From Anaerolineae bacterium (GTDB lineage Bacteria; Chloroflexota; Anaerolineae; UBA1429): 64,000 nt of DNA. The translations under genes were made by a program, and so were the position numbers. This document shows positions 8,446-16,536 of this stretch, piece after piece. Where the stretch lies: the NCBI GenBank assembly GCA_040772225.1, contig JAXGYO010000002.1, positions 1,066,767-1,130,766 on the forward strand, in the 5' to 3' direction. Numbering within the stretch: the stretch's first letter is position 1; each line of letters opens with the position of its first letter. The notes beneath the pieces were generated by a model that saw only the letters and a program-made list of their open reading frames with translations, was not told the DNA's origin and did not search any database.

Positions 8446-11400
8446 CTACCGCGTGACAAAGGGCAGGTAGACTCTGTACACCTTGCGCACCACAACAGGC
8501 TGGCCGCGCACGCCGCCCACCTCGCCCAGCAGCACCTGGCCGGCGTAGAGCGGAGGGCTCACGGCGATGCAAAACTTGCCCGTAGCGTCTGAGGTGCCAG
8601 TGGCCAGAAGCAGGTCCTCACCGGGCGTCACATCGTGAATGTTCACGGTCACGCTGTATGGATAGCCCGCCGGGGGCTTGACCGTGCCGCATACGACCGT
8701 GTCACCCTCCCAGAGCGGGTTCAGCCGGGTGATGTAGGCCTTGTCTGTGACGCCCCAGGCGGAGTAGATCTCGTTCCCCAGAGGCTCGACGAAGGACACC
8801 AGCCCGACGGAGCCCGGCACCAGCGGCACCACCGCGCTGAGCCGGATGAACTGGACCGGGGCATAGGCCACGGTGCTGCTTGGGGCGAAACGCGCGCTGG
8901 CCGTGGGCGACTCTAGCGTCGCCGTGCCGGTCCAGTCGATGAGGCCGTATGGCGCCAGCGCGACGCTGTCCGGGCCCGCCCAGCGCACCGGACCCACCGC
9001 CGCGAGCGTGTACAGCTCCGGATCGGGCAGCCCGATCACCAGCGGCACCGGGCTGATCGTCAGCGTGACAGGCAGCGTCATCCCGTTCGCCCCCTCCTCG
9101 AACGTGGCCGTCAGCGTGCCCGCCGACCGGATCAGGGCTCGAGCCGCAGGGTTGCTGTCCAGCATGAGCAAGGCGTCCCTGGTCTTGTCCTCGACGGACG
9201 ACGAGTACCTGGGGAATTCCTTGGTGCCCGTACCGGCGCCCTCGGTGCCGGGCTTGGGCTCAAAGTGCACCGTGACGCTTCGGTCGCCTCTGGGCAGGAT
9301 GTCGGGCCAGTACAGCGCTCTCATCAAGAACCCGGACACGACGACGATGTTCTCGTTTTCAAAGGCGCGGATCCTGCGGTTGTAAAAGGTGACAAAGACC
9401 TGGTTACCGTCCGGATGCGTCAGGTACACACGGCCATAGTCGCCAAAGTCCAGACTCTCGTTCTTGGTGGTCACCGCGCAGGTCGTTGAGCTGCGGGTGA
9501 GATACGGGTTGGCGGCCGCATAGGTGCCGCCCGCACTGGCCTGTATCTGCTTCCAGGCAGCGCGGTCCTGCTCCGGGATCACCCGCAGCACTGTGTTGGC
9601 CGGGGCCTTACCCGCGACGATGTCCTGCTCGGCGTACAGCCGCGCCTCTAGGTCGTCGACGGGGATGGTGTGTACCCGCCCGCCGGAAGCCACCGTGACC
9701 GTGTCGCCCGGGTCGATATATACCGAGGTGGCGGCATTGTAGTAGGTGTTCACGTACAGTTTGTCGTACAGGAGCCAGAACAGGCGTTTTGTTGCCGGCT
9801 GTGCGGCCTGTTTGACAGCGCCCCCCGCCGCGGACACCGCTACTGTCGGCTGCTCGAGGCCCGTGGCCATCCAGCCATCGACATAGTTGAACCCGCTCAT
9901 GGCAGCGGCGATGGGCGCCGCGTAGGCCGTATAGACAAAGTTGCCGCAGGGCGCCTCATAGCCCACGTAGCCAAAGCTCCCCGGCTGCAGCTGTACCACG
10001 TCGCTGGTGCCGCAGGTAACCGGCCCAGAGGCGTAGGCGCCAGTGGCACTCGCGGTCACCCGCGCCTCCCAGGCATCATACCTGGAGCTTTCCGTGACGT
10101 ACCCCTGCACGTTGCCTGCGCCGATCACCATGCCCGTGTTCGCTGGTCCAGTGCCCGTCACCTGGTTTATGCTCAGATTCGCCGCCGCGGTCACCGGGAG
10201 TACGGCCACCGTCTGGTCAAAGGCGATGTTGCCGTCATAGTCGATGGCGACCCGGACCGAGTCCCCGGCCATGATGGTGGCCGGGTCAAAGGAAACCGTA
10301 TAGGGCTGGGTGGTCGAGCTGCCGGCGCTGGCCGTCGCCTTGATCGCACCGCCGGGGGCCTTGAGCTCCGCTGTCAGACCAGGCGTAGGCCGCGTCGCCT
10401 TGTATGCCGTGAGCACCCCGCTGGGAGCAGCGGGCAGTCTGAAGGCATAGCCGTGCACGACCGGCGAGTTCTGCAGCACGTAGACGTTCTGCCCCCACAG
10501 CGTCCAAACCTCGTCGCCGGTGGGCTGCCCAGAGCTTCCCAGCAGGCGCACGCGCGCGAACCCCTTGTTCCCCTGCACGATGTCCTTGACCTTGTAGGTC
10601 GCGTCCGCCGTGGTGCGAAAGGTGGCGGCCGTGAAACGCCCGCTGGCGTCGCTCTTGACCTCGGCATAGGTCATGTTGCTGCCGGGTGTGAGGTAGGAGG
10701 TCGCCAGGTAAAGGGAAGCGGTCGGCGAGGTCAGCGTGACGATTACGTCTGCGTTGGGGACCGTCGTGCCCTCCACCCGGTCAGCCTCGGGGAGGCCGCA
10801 GGCGCTGAGACTCACGATCTGTACGCGCTTATCCTCGGACGGATCGGGGTAGGCCGGCGTGCCCGGGTTGTCACCGCTGGTGATTACGTGCACATAGTCC
10901 CCGGGCCGCATGGGCACGTACTTGGTTCGGTCGATGGGATCGACAAAGGTGGTCTCAAAGTAGAGCGGGTCGGGATTGACGTATACGCAGTTGGGCAGGA
11001 CCCCGCACGACCCGGAGGGCACGCCGATCACCGTGCCATCGGCCGTCTCCAGCGTGAGCTGCACGTCCAGCCCGCCGATGTTGGTGTTGCCCCACACCAG
11101 GGGCGAGTTCACCTGGGCAAAGATCACCGAGGTCACCGGGGCCAGATCCGCGGGCAGCAAAGCCGCCCCCGGCTCCTTCCCGGCTTCAGTGGGCTCCGCC
11201 TCCACCTCGGCCACCAGCATGCTAGCACGCAGCGCCGCCACGCCCGCCTCGCTCAGCCCGGCGCGAAAGACCGCTTGCCGCTCGTCGTAGCCGTAGCCGC
11301 CCGCCAGCCCATCCGCTACCAGCGCCGCCAGCTCCGCCTCCAGCGCGTCGCGTTGCTCCTCCTCGGCGCCCGCCGTGGCTGCCGATGCCTCCGCCCCGAC

Positions 11401-11586
11401 GCCGGGGTCCACCACGATCATGGCGTTCGGCGCCGCCGGCCGGATCAAATATACCGGCCAGATTGCCGAGCCCTCAGCCTCCTGCGCCGCCGGTTCGGCC
11501 TGCGCAAGCGGCGCCATGCTTAGCAGCAGCGCGCAAGCCAGCGCCATCACAACCCACCATCGATCCTTAACAGCATACTCGCCCAT
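8446..11586 (-). CDS. Large secreted protein of unknown function (about 1046 aa)
   Basis: I place the start at ATG 11586, preceded by GGGAGGGAGAG. N-terminal signal-like segment MGEYAVKDRWWVVMALACALLLSMAPLAQAEPAAQ. The body is Thr/Gly/Val-rich and beta-type with no motif I recognise. It is divergent from the flp locus. Confidence 0.8.
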   Translation of the reverse strand: MGEYAVKDRWWVVMALACALLLSMAPLAQAEPAAQEAEGSAIWPVYLIRPAAPNAMIVVDPGVGAEASAATAGAEEEQRDALEAELAALVADGLAGGYGYDERQAVFRAGLSEAGVAALRASMLVAEVEAEPTEAGKEPGAALLPADLAPVTSVIFAQVNSPLVWGNTNIGGLDVQLTLETADGTVIGVPSGSCGVLPNCVYVNPDPLYFETTFVDPIDRTKYVPMRPGDYVHVITSGDNPGTPAYPDPSEDKRVQIVSLSACGLPEADRVEGTTVPNADVIVTLTSPTASLYLATSYLTPGSNMTYAEVKSDASGRFTAATFRTTADATYKVKDIVQGNKGFARVRLLGSSGQPTGDEVWTLWGQNVYVLQNSPVVHGYAFRLPAAPSGVLTAYKATRPTPGLTAELKAPGGAIKATASAGSSTTQPYTVSFDPATIMAGDSVRVAIDYDGNIAFDQTVAVLPVTAAANLSINQVTGTGPANTGMVIGAGNVQGYVTESSRYDAWEARVTASATGAYASGPVTCGTSDVVQLQPGSFGYVGYEAPCGNFVYTAYAAPIAAAMSGFNYVDGWMATGLEQPTVAVSAAGGAVKQAAQPATKRLFWLLYDKLYVNTYYNAATSVYIDPGDTVTVASGGRVHTIPVDDLEARLYAEQDIVAGKAPANTVLRVIPEQDRAAWKQIQASAGGTYAAANPYLTRSSTTCAVTTKNESLDFGDYGRVYLTHPDGNQVFVTFYNRRIRAFENENIVVVSGFLMRALYWPDILPRGDRSVTVHFEPKPGTEGAGTGTKEFPRYSSSVEDKTRDALLMLDSNPAARALIRSAGTLTATFEEGANGMTLPVTLTISPVPLVIGLPDPELYTLAAVGPVRWAGPDSVALAPYGLIDWTGTATLESPTASARFAPSSTVAYAPVQFIRLSAVVPLVPGSVGLVSFVEPLGNEIYSAWGVTDKAYITRLNPLWEGDTVVCGTVKPPAGYPYSVTVNIHDVTPGEDLLLATGTSDATGKFCIAVSPPLYAGQVLLGEVGGVRGQPVVVRKVYRVYLPFVTR

Positions 11587-11665
11587 GGTTACTCTCCCTC
11601 CCGTGCAAGCGCACACCCGATATCCCGATCATTATACAGTACAGTGTGCGCCGTGCGCCAACCCC

Positions 11666-11694
11666 TTGCAGGCCTCTGGCTCTGCATCTACAAT
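11666..11694 (+). promoter_or_regulatory. Sigma70-like promoter (TTGCAG-N17-TACAAT) upstream of Flp-like remnant
   Basis: TTGCAG at 11666-11671, a 17-nt spacer, then TACAAT at 11689-11694. GAGGGAG SD and ATG 11758 follow downstream. Confidence 0.4.
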
Positions 11695-11757
11695 GCGGGC
11701 GGAGCAAACGCCGCCCGGTGTCACGGGCGCGGAGAAAATGAACCGAGGGAGCAGCCG

Positions 11758-11937
11758 ATGGCAGAGCACAACACGCCCGAACCGCGCTCAGTGCACGAGC
11801 CCGGCAGGCCTCGCCCCACCCCGGCCTAGTACCTGCTGGTGGCGCTGCTGATCGCCGCCGTGGTGATCGCCGCGCTCGCTATCTTCGACGTACCGCTGGC
11901 CAGGGAACTGATCACCGTTGTGGGCGGCACCCCTTAA
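11758..11937 (+). pseudogene. Flp-family pilin-like gene interrupted by in-frame TAG at the conserved Glu position
   Basis: The frame reads MAEHNTPEPRSVHEPGRPRPTPA-TAG(11827-11829)-YLLVALLIAAVVIAALAIFDVPLARELITVVGGTP-TAA. The post-stop segment parallels the intact Flp (E)YALILVLIAIVVIVALSAL, and TAG sits where GAG (Glu) is expected. The G-x4-EY cleavage spacing is not conserved (R at -1). Confidence 0.45.
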
Positions 11938-12032
11938 CCCCCCACGGTGCCGCCCGACCGCGCGTGCCCTCCCCGCCCGTAATCCCTGCTCAAGCCCGGC
12001 GTAAATCCCGCGCAAAGAATGCCGCAGACCCC

Positions 12033-12060
12033 TTGACTTTTGGCCCGACCCGGGTATGAT
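12033..12060 (+). promoter_or_regulatory. Sigma70-like promoter (TTGACT-N16-TATGAT) upstream of flp genes
   Basis: TTGACT at 12033-12038, a 16-nt spacer, then TATGAT at 12055-12060. It lies in an AT-enriched patch of otherwise GC-rich DNA, about 260 nt upstream of the first intact flp. Confidence 0.4.
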
Positions 12061-12082
12061 AAATGTAATGCTCTGGCTGGAT

Positions 12083-12106
12083 CATATATGACATATGTCA
12101 TATATG
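12083..12106. promoter_or_regulatory. Perfect 24-nt AT-rich palindrome (candidate operator)
   Basis: CATATATGACATATGTCATATATG equals its own reverse complement, which I checked base by base. It lies about 25-50 nt downstream of the putative -10 box at 12055-12060. Confidence 0.5.
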
Positions 12107-12322
12107 CAATGTCATACGGTCCATGTGGCCAGCGAGACCCGGGCTGCGGGGCGTGGTCACCTAGCAGCACCACCCGCAGCGCGCGGAGGAGCCCGCGTAA
12201 AAAGGGTCTAAACAGCGCTTGCGGGGCTTGATTTCCGGCGCGCCGTGCGCTAGTGTGATCACACCGGTGGGCGGGTGGCGCAAGCCAGGGAGAGACCGCC
12301 GGACCCAGAGGGAAAGAACGTG

Positions 12323-12505
12323 ATGCGCGAGGTGTGTGCTGGCGTGCGCGCCCTGTTGTACGGCCGTCGAGAGCGGGGTCAAACGCTGACGGAATATGCG
12401 CTCATCATAGCCTTTGTAGCCATCGTGCTGGTCACGGCGCTGACATTCCTGGGCAGCAATCTTGAGCAAATCTACACTAACATTTCCGAAACGTATCCAT
12501 TCTAG
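12323..12505 (+). CDS. flp: Flp family type IVb pilin
   Basis: 60 aa: MREVCAGVRALLYGRRERGQTLTEYALIIAFVAIVLVTALTFLGSNLEQIYTNISETYPF. It has the Flp prepilin motif G/QTLTEY followed by a hydrophobic helix. GAGGGAAAG SD precedes ATG 12323. Confidence 0.85.
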   Translation: MREVCAGVRALLYGRRERGQTLTEYALIIAFVAIVLVTALTFLGSNLEQIYTNISETYPF

Positions 12506-12693
12506 AGAGGCTTGGCCTCTTTGCAATGATAGGGCACAGCGGCATCGTGCAGGCCGCCTGAGGTGGCAGCGAGAAGTGTTTCCGTTACCATGCCGTCCTT
12601 TATGGGGCCTTTACGCCTCCTCCGTACTATGCGCGCAGCGGAGGGGCTGAAGACAATTGAGTTTGAAGTAGACACACATTCGGAGGGAGAGAA

Positions 12694-12888
12694 ATGAACG
12701 CACTTTATTGGACGATCCGGAACTTTGTCGAGGCCCCTCGCGAAGAGGGCCAGACGATGGCCGAGTATGCCTTGATCCTCGTTCTCATCGCCATCGTGGT
12801 GATTGTTGCGCTGTCAGCCCTCGGTGTCTCCATCAACGGCATCTTCGAAGACATATCAGGCAAGCTCGACGACTATCCGATTAACTGA
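12694..12888 (+). CDS. flp: Flp family type IVb pilin
   Basis: 64 aa: MNALYWTIRNFVEAPREEGQTMAEYALILVLIAIVVIVALSALGVSINGIFEDISGKLDDYPIN. It has the G/QTMAEY motif. GGAGGGAGAG SD precedes the ATG. Confidence 0.9.
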   Translation: MNALYWTIRNFVEAPREEGQTMAEYALILVLIAIVVIVALSALGVSINGIFEDISGKLDDYPIN

Positions 12889-12956
12889 GCACAGCAGCAG
12901 GCTGTCCCAAGGGCAACGGCCTGCACGATACGACGCTCTCGCGTAGATTTACAAAT

Positions 12957-12989
12957 CTGCAGGTCCGACTCAAGCGAGCGGGCCTGCAG
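12957..12989 (+). terminator. Hairpin after the pilin genes (possible attenuator between pilin and assembly genes)
   Basis: CTGCAGGTCC...GGGCCTGCAG forms a stem of about 9-10 bp with one mismatch. No T-tract, so function is uncertain. Confidence 0.25.
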
Positions 12990-13082
12990 GCTTCGGTTGT
13001 GAGTGATTTCGCCCCATCCGTCCTAGTGACGTTACCGTTAGACACTAGATGACTTGGGTGATGCAATCAAAGGGGGATAGGT

Positions 13083-13955
13083 TTGGCGAGACTGAGGGGC
13101 TGCATCTGGTTGGTCGCGGGGCTCTTGATCGCCGTACTGGCGGGCGTGATGGCCTATCTGTACCTGGACCGGGCCGCCCAGGAGTCCGCCGAGGCGGTGG
13201 TGGACACAACGCCCAAAGTGCAGGTGGTGGTGGCCGCCCGGGCCGTGCTCGTGCGCACCCAGCTCACGGAGGCGGACCTGCGTTTGGCCGAGTTCGCCGT
13301 CGACACCGTCCCCGCCGGCAGCCTCAGCAGCGTCCCCGATGCCGTCGGCCGCATCACCACCGTGGACCTCTACCCGGGCGAGCCGATCCTGGCCCAGCGC
13401 CTGGTGGACCCCAACATGGTCACCGGCGACGGGCGCCACGCCCTGCTGCTGGCCCCTGAAGAGATCCTCATGGCCTTCCCCGCCGCCGACCTGATGGGCA
13501 CGCTCACCGTGCTCAAGCCTGGCGACCGGGTGGACCTCTACATCTCGCTGGAGATCCCCTGGGACCGCGAACTGATCGGCGTGGGCGCAGGTGCCGGCGG
13601 CGCCGAAGGCGCCGAGGCGCCCGAGGCTGAGCTGACCACCTTTATCGTGCTGCAGAACGTGGGGATCGCCGCCCTGCCCGGGTCGCTGCCCGAGGATGCC
13701 GCGGAGCAGCAGGCCGCCGGCGGCTTGCTTGGAACGGATACGCAACCGCAGCAGGTGACGACCGAGCCGGCCGACGCGATCCTGTTCACCCTGGCGCCCC
13801 AGGATGCCCTGGTGCTCAAATACGTCATGGACAGGGGCGCCGTACAGGATATCGTCCTGCGGGCCCCCGGCGCCGAGACGCCCTTTGAGACCGAGCCCGT
13901 CAACATCGATTACATCATTAACCGGTATGATTTGCCCACGGAAGTGGGACGGTAG
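13083..13955 (+). CDS. cpaB: Flp pilus assembly protein CpaB/RcpC (SAF domain)
   Basis: 290 aa. N-terminal TM segment (ARLRGCIWLVAGLLIAVLAGVMAYLYL), then the CpaB-type pattern VQVVVAARAVLVRTQLTEADLRLAEFAVDTVPAGSL...GRITTVDLYPGEPILAQRL. TTG start 13083 is preceded by AAGGGGGA. Confidence 0.85.
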   Translation: MARLRGCIWLVAGLLIAVLAGVMAYLYLDRAAQESAEAVVDTTPKVQVVVAARAVLVRTQLTEADLRLAEFAVDTVPAGSLSSVPDAVGRITTVDLYPGEPILAQRLVDPNMVTGDGRHALLLAPEEILMAFPAADLMGTLTVLKPGDRVDLYISLEIPWDRELIGVGAGAGGAEGAEAPEAELTTFIVLQNVGIAALPGSLPEDAAEQQAAGGLLGTDTQPQQVTTEPADAILFTLAPQDALVLKYVMDRGAVQDIVLRAPGAETPFETEPVNIDYIINRYDLPTEVGR

Positions 13956-13958
13956 ACG

Positions 13959-14078
13959 GACCACAGACCATGGACCATGGACGATGGCGGTGGGTACACC
14001 GCGGCGCTGAGTACTGCGCTTGACCATGGACGATGGAGTTCGGAAAGTCTGACCATGGACCATAGACGATGGACGATG
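13959..14078 (+). repeat. Tandem heptamer repeats, GACCATG/GACGATG family (forward orientation, three blocks)
   Basis: Block 13959-13986 reads GACCACA GACCATG GACCATG GACGATG. Block 14022-14035 reads GACCATG GACGATG. Block 14051-14078 reads GACCATG GACCATA GACGATG GACGATG. All lie in the cpaB-tadZ intergenic region. Confidence 0.9.
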
Positions 14079-14104
14079 CGTCTCGTCCATGGTCCGTTTG
14101 TTTG
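14051..14104 (+). terminator. Terminator-like hairpin built from heptamer repeats, followed by a T-rich tail
   Basis: Outer stem GACCATGGAC (14051-60) pairs with GTCCATGGTC (14085-94). Inner stem AGACG (14064-68) pairs with CGTCT (14079-83). The tail is CGTTTGTTTG. It sits about 100 nt after the cpaB stop. Confidence 0.45.
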
Positions 14105-14121
14105 ATAGGCTTTGCGGCGCG

Positions 14122-14159
14122 AAAGCGCATGTGCGCTTTGCGTCAAAATCCGGTATAAT
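14122..14159 (+). promoter_or_regulatory. Consensus -10 box TATAAT with adjacent 8-bp inverted repeat (candidate tadZ-operon promoter/operator)
   Basis: AAAGCGCA-TG-TGCGCTTT at 14122-14139 is an inverted repeat covering where a -35 box would lie. TATAAT is at 14154-14159. No good -35 hexamer. Confidence 0.35.
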
Positions 14160-14280
14160 CTGTGGCAGGCTCGGATTGCGGGCCCTTTGCCGAACACCAT
14201 GGACTGGCACGGCCTGAAGGCAGGCGGTGAGCGTTGTACTGAGCGCAGCGCTGTACTCAGCGCCACGCTCTAGTGAGCGT

Positions 14281-14315
14281 CATCGTCTATCGTCTATGGT
14301 CTATGGTCTATGGTC
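14281..14315 (-). repeat. Tandem heptamer repeats (reverse orientation of the GACCATR/GACGATR family)
   Basis: CATCGTC TATCGTC TATGGTC TATGGTC TATGGTC is the reverse complement of GACCATA x3, GACGATA, GACGATG. It ends 13 nt before the GGAGG SD of tadZ. Confidence 0.9.
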
Positions 14316-14338
14316 TGCGACTGCCACGGAGGCCGCCT

Positions 14339-15538
14339 TTGCCGACCAACCCATCCCGCCCCCTGCGCATCCTGTTGGTGGCCCCCGCCGCCGCGCTGCG
14401 CGATGAGATCCAGACCGCACTGCAGGCGCTGGACGCCGGCCACCTGCTCTACCATGCCGCCAGCGGCGACCTGGCCGGCGCCCGGGCCGAGGAGCTGCGC
14501 CCCGATGTGATCCTGGTGGATGAAGGCATTGCCGGCGCATTCGAGCTGATCGGCCGCCTGGCGCAGGACGCGCCCGCCGCCGTCCTGATCTACCTGGCCA
14601 GCCGGGGGGCCACCGAGGCGATCGCCGAGGCGACCTTTGCCGGGGCGCGCACCTTTCTGAGCAAACCCGTCCAGGCCGAGGCGCTGGGGCGCATCCTGGG
14701 CCAGATCGCCGCCCGCACCCGGGCCGCCGACCGCCCCGCCCCGCATGAGGACCAGACCCGGGTGATCGTCTTTTGCGCGCCCAAGGGGGGCACCGGCCGC
14801 ACGTCGCTGGCCATCAACACCGCCCTGGGCCTGCTCCAGGCGGGGGAGCAATCCGTCGCCCTGGTGGACGCGGACTATGCCGCCCCCGCGGTGGACGTGA
14901 TGCTCAACCTGTACCCGGAGCGCACCATCGCCGACCTGCTGCCCCGCCTGGCGCAGCTCGACGAGTCGCTGCTGCAGGGGGTGCTGGCCACCCACGCCAG
15001 CGGGCTGCGGGTGCTCATGGCCCCCGCGCCGGATGCCCTGGATGCCTACACCATCGGCCCGATGCAGATCGAGCAGATTCTGGGAGCCATGGGGCGCCTC
15101 TACCGCTGGATCCTCATCGACCTGGGCCTGCCCATGGACGAGAGCGCGCTGGCCTGGGTCGATGCCTCGGACCTGATCGTGCTCTCGGTGCTCCCCGAGA
15201 TGGCGGGCCTGCGCAACATGCGCCTGCTGATCGATGCCCTGCTGGCGCGGGGGGTGGACCCGGAGCGCCTCTGGGTGGTGGTCAACCGCAGCACCATCGC
15301 CGGCGGGATCAGCATCGCGGATATTGAGAAACGGCTGCACACCGATGTGCGCCACACGATCCCCGACGACCAGCCGCTGGCCACGCAGGCGGTGAACCGG
15401 GGGGTGCCCGTGATCGCCAGCCACCGCCGGGGCGCGCTGGTGCGCGCCTACCGCGGGCTGGCCGCGGCGCTGCGCCGCACCCTGGGCGTCGCGGAGGAGC
15501 CCGGTGCCCGCAAGCGATTTTTCAGCAGGCGCCGCTAG
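14339..15538 (+). CDS. tadZ: Pilus assembly ATPase TadZ/CpaE (receiver-like domain + ParA/MinD fold)
   Basis: It has a receiver-like N-terminus (RILLVAPAAALRDEIQTAL...DVILVDE). It also has a deviant Walker A (VIVFCAPKGGTGRTSLAINTA) and ParA-like WILIDLG. I prefer TTG 14339, with GGAGG 6 nt upstream. The track start GTG 14273 would translate the heptamer array. Confidence 0.85.
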   Translation: MPTNPSRPLRILLVAPAAALRDEIQTALQALDAGHLLYHAASGDLAGARAEELRPDVILVDEGIAGAFELIGRLAQDAPAAVLIYLASRGATEAIAEATFAGARTFLSKPVQAEALGRILGQIAARTRAADRPAPHEDQTRVIVFCAPKGGTGRTSLAINTALGLLQAGEQSVALVDADYAAPAVDVMLNLYPERTIADLLPRLAQLDESLLQGVLATHASGLRVLMAPAPDALDAYTIGPMQIEQILGAMGRLYRWILIDLGLPMDESALAWVDASDLIVLSVLPEMAGLRNMRLLIDALLARGVDPERLWVVVNRSTIAGGISIADIEKRLHTDVRHTIPDDQPLATQAVNRGVPVIASHRRGALVRAYRGLAAALRRTLGVAEEPGARKRFFSRRR

Positions 15539-15572
15539 CCATGAGCATGCACTATTGGGAGGGACCCTGACC

Positions 15573-16535
15573 ATGCAGATCGCCAGCCCCATGCCCGTCG
15601 CCATTTTGATCGCCCTGGCCGTCCTGCTGCTCTTTGTGGCGCTCTGGCAGCGCTATGGCACGCGGGACCTGGTGGACGCGCGCCTGGGCGAGTACGGTGA
15701 GATCGTAGACGCGGGGAAAAGCTCCGCCAGACCCGCCCGGCGCGGGCCGGTCTCTCTGACGGAGCGCCTCGGCGGCTCCCTGTTGCGCCTCACCTGGGCC
15801 GAGGGGCTGGCCGACAGCCTGCGCCAGGCGGACCTGCCCTATACGGCGGTCGAGTTCGCCCTGCTGATGCTGGTGCTGGGGCTGGGGCTCTTTCTCCTGG
15901 GGACCGCCCGCGGCGGCCCGCTGATGGGCATCGTCCTGGGGGCGCTGGGGCTGTACGGCCCGGTGCTCTACCTCCGCAGCCGCGGACGCAAGCGCCGCAC
16001 CCTGGTGGCCGATCAGCTCCCCGACGTGCTCACCCTGCTGGTGGGCTCGCTGCGGGCGGGCTACGGGTTGTCCCAGGCGCTGGAGGTGGTGGCCGACCAG
16101 GCCCCCGAACCCAGCAAGTCTGAGTACGGCCGGGTGATGCGCGCGGTGGAGCTGGGCGTGTCGCTGCCACAGGCACTGACCGACATGGCGGATCGCATCG
16201 GGTCTGATGACCTGGACCTGTTCGTCAGCGTCGTGAAAATCCAATTCGAGCTGGGCGGCAACCTGGCCCGCACGCTGGAGACCATCGGCGACACGATCCG
16301 CGAGCGCATCCGCCTGCAGCGCGAGATCCGCAGCCAGACGGCGCAGCAGCAGCTCAGCGGCTATGTTCTGGTGGGGCTACCGGTTTTCCTGGCCATTATG
16401 ATCTCGCTGATCAATCCTGGCTTTGTCGACCCGTTGTTCGAGCCTGGCCTGGGACGCATCATGCTGATCGCGATGATTTTCCTCGAGATCGTGGGCTTTT
16501 TGCTCATGCGCAAGATCCTGGACCTGCAGGTGTAA
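15573..16535 (+). CDS. tadB: Tad pilus platform protein TadB (T2SS F-family)
   Basis: ATG 15573 follows GGGAGGG. It has TM segments and the T2SSF-type core LPDVLTLLVGSLRAGYGLSQALEVVADQAPEPSKSEYGRVMRAVELGVSLPQALTDMADRIGSDDL. Confidence 0.85.
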   Translation: MQIASPMPVAILIALAVLLLFVALWQRYGTRDLVDARLGEYGEIVDAGKSSARPARRGPVSLTERLGGSLLRLTWAEGLADSLRQADLPYTAVEFALLMLVLGLGLFLLGTARGGPLMGIVLGALGLYGPVLYLRSRGRKRRTLVADQLPDVLTLLVGSLRAGYGLSQALEVVADQAPEPSKSEYGRVMRAVELGVSLPQALTDMADRIGSDDLDLFVSVVKIQFELGGNLARTLETIGDTIRERIRLQREIRSQTAQQQLSGYVLVGLPVFLAIMISLINPGFVDPLFEPGLGRIMLIAMIFLEIVGFLLMRKILDLQV

Positions 16536-16536
16536 C

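Noticed and set aside
14001-14266. fimS-like invertible promoter switch (inverted repeats flanking a TATAAT)
   Set aside because: The inverted repeats are imperfect and no recombinase or invertase gene lies in the window. The same sequences are explained by heptamer-derived hairpins and a terminator/promoter pair. Kept only as a remote alternative.
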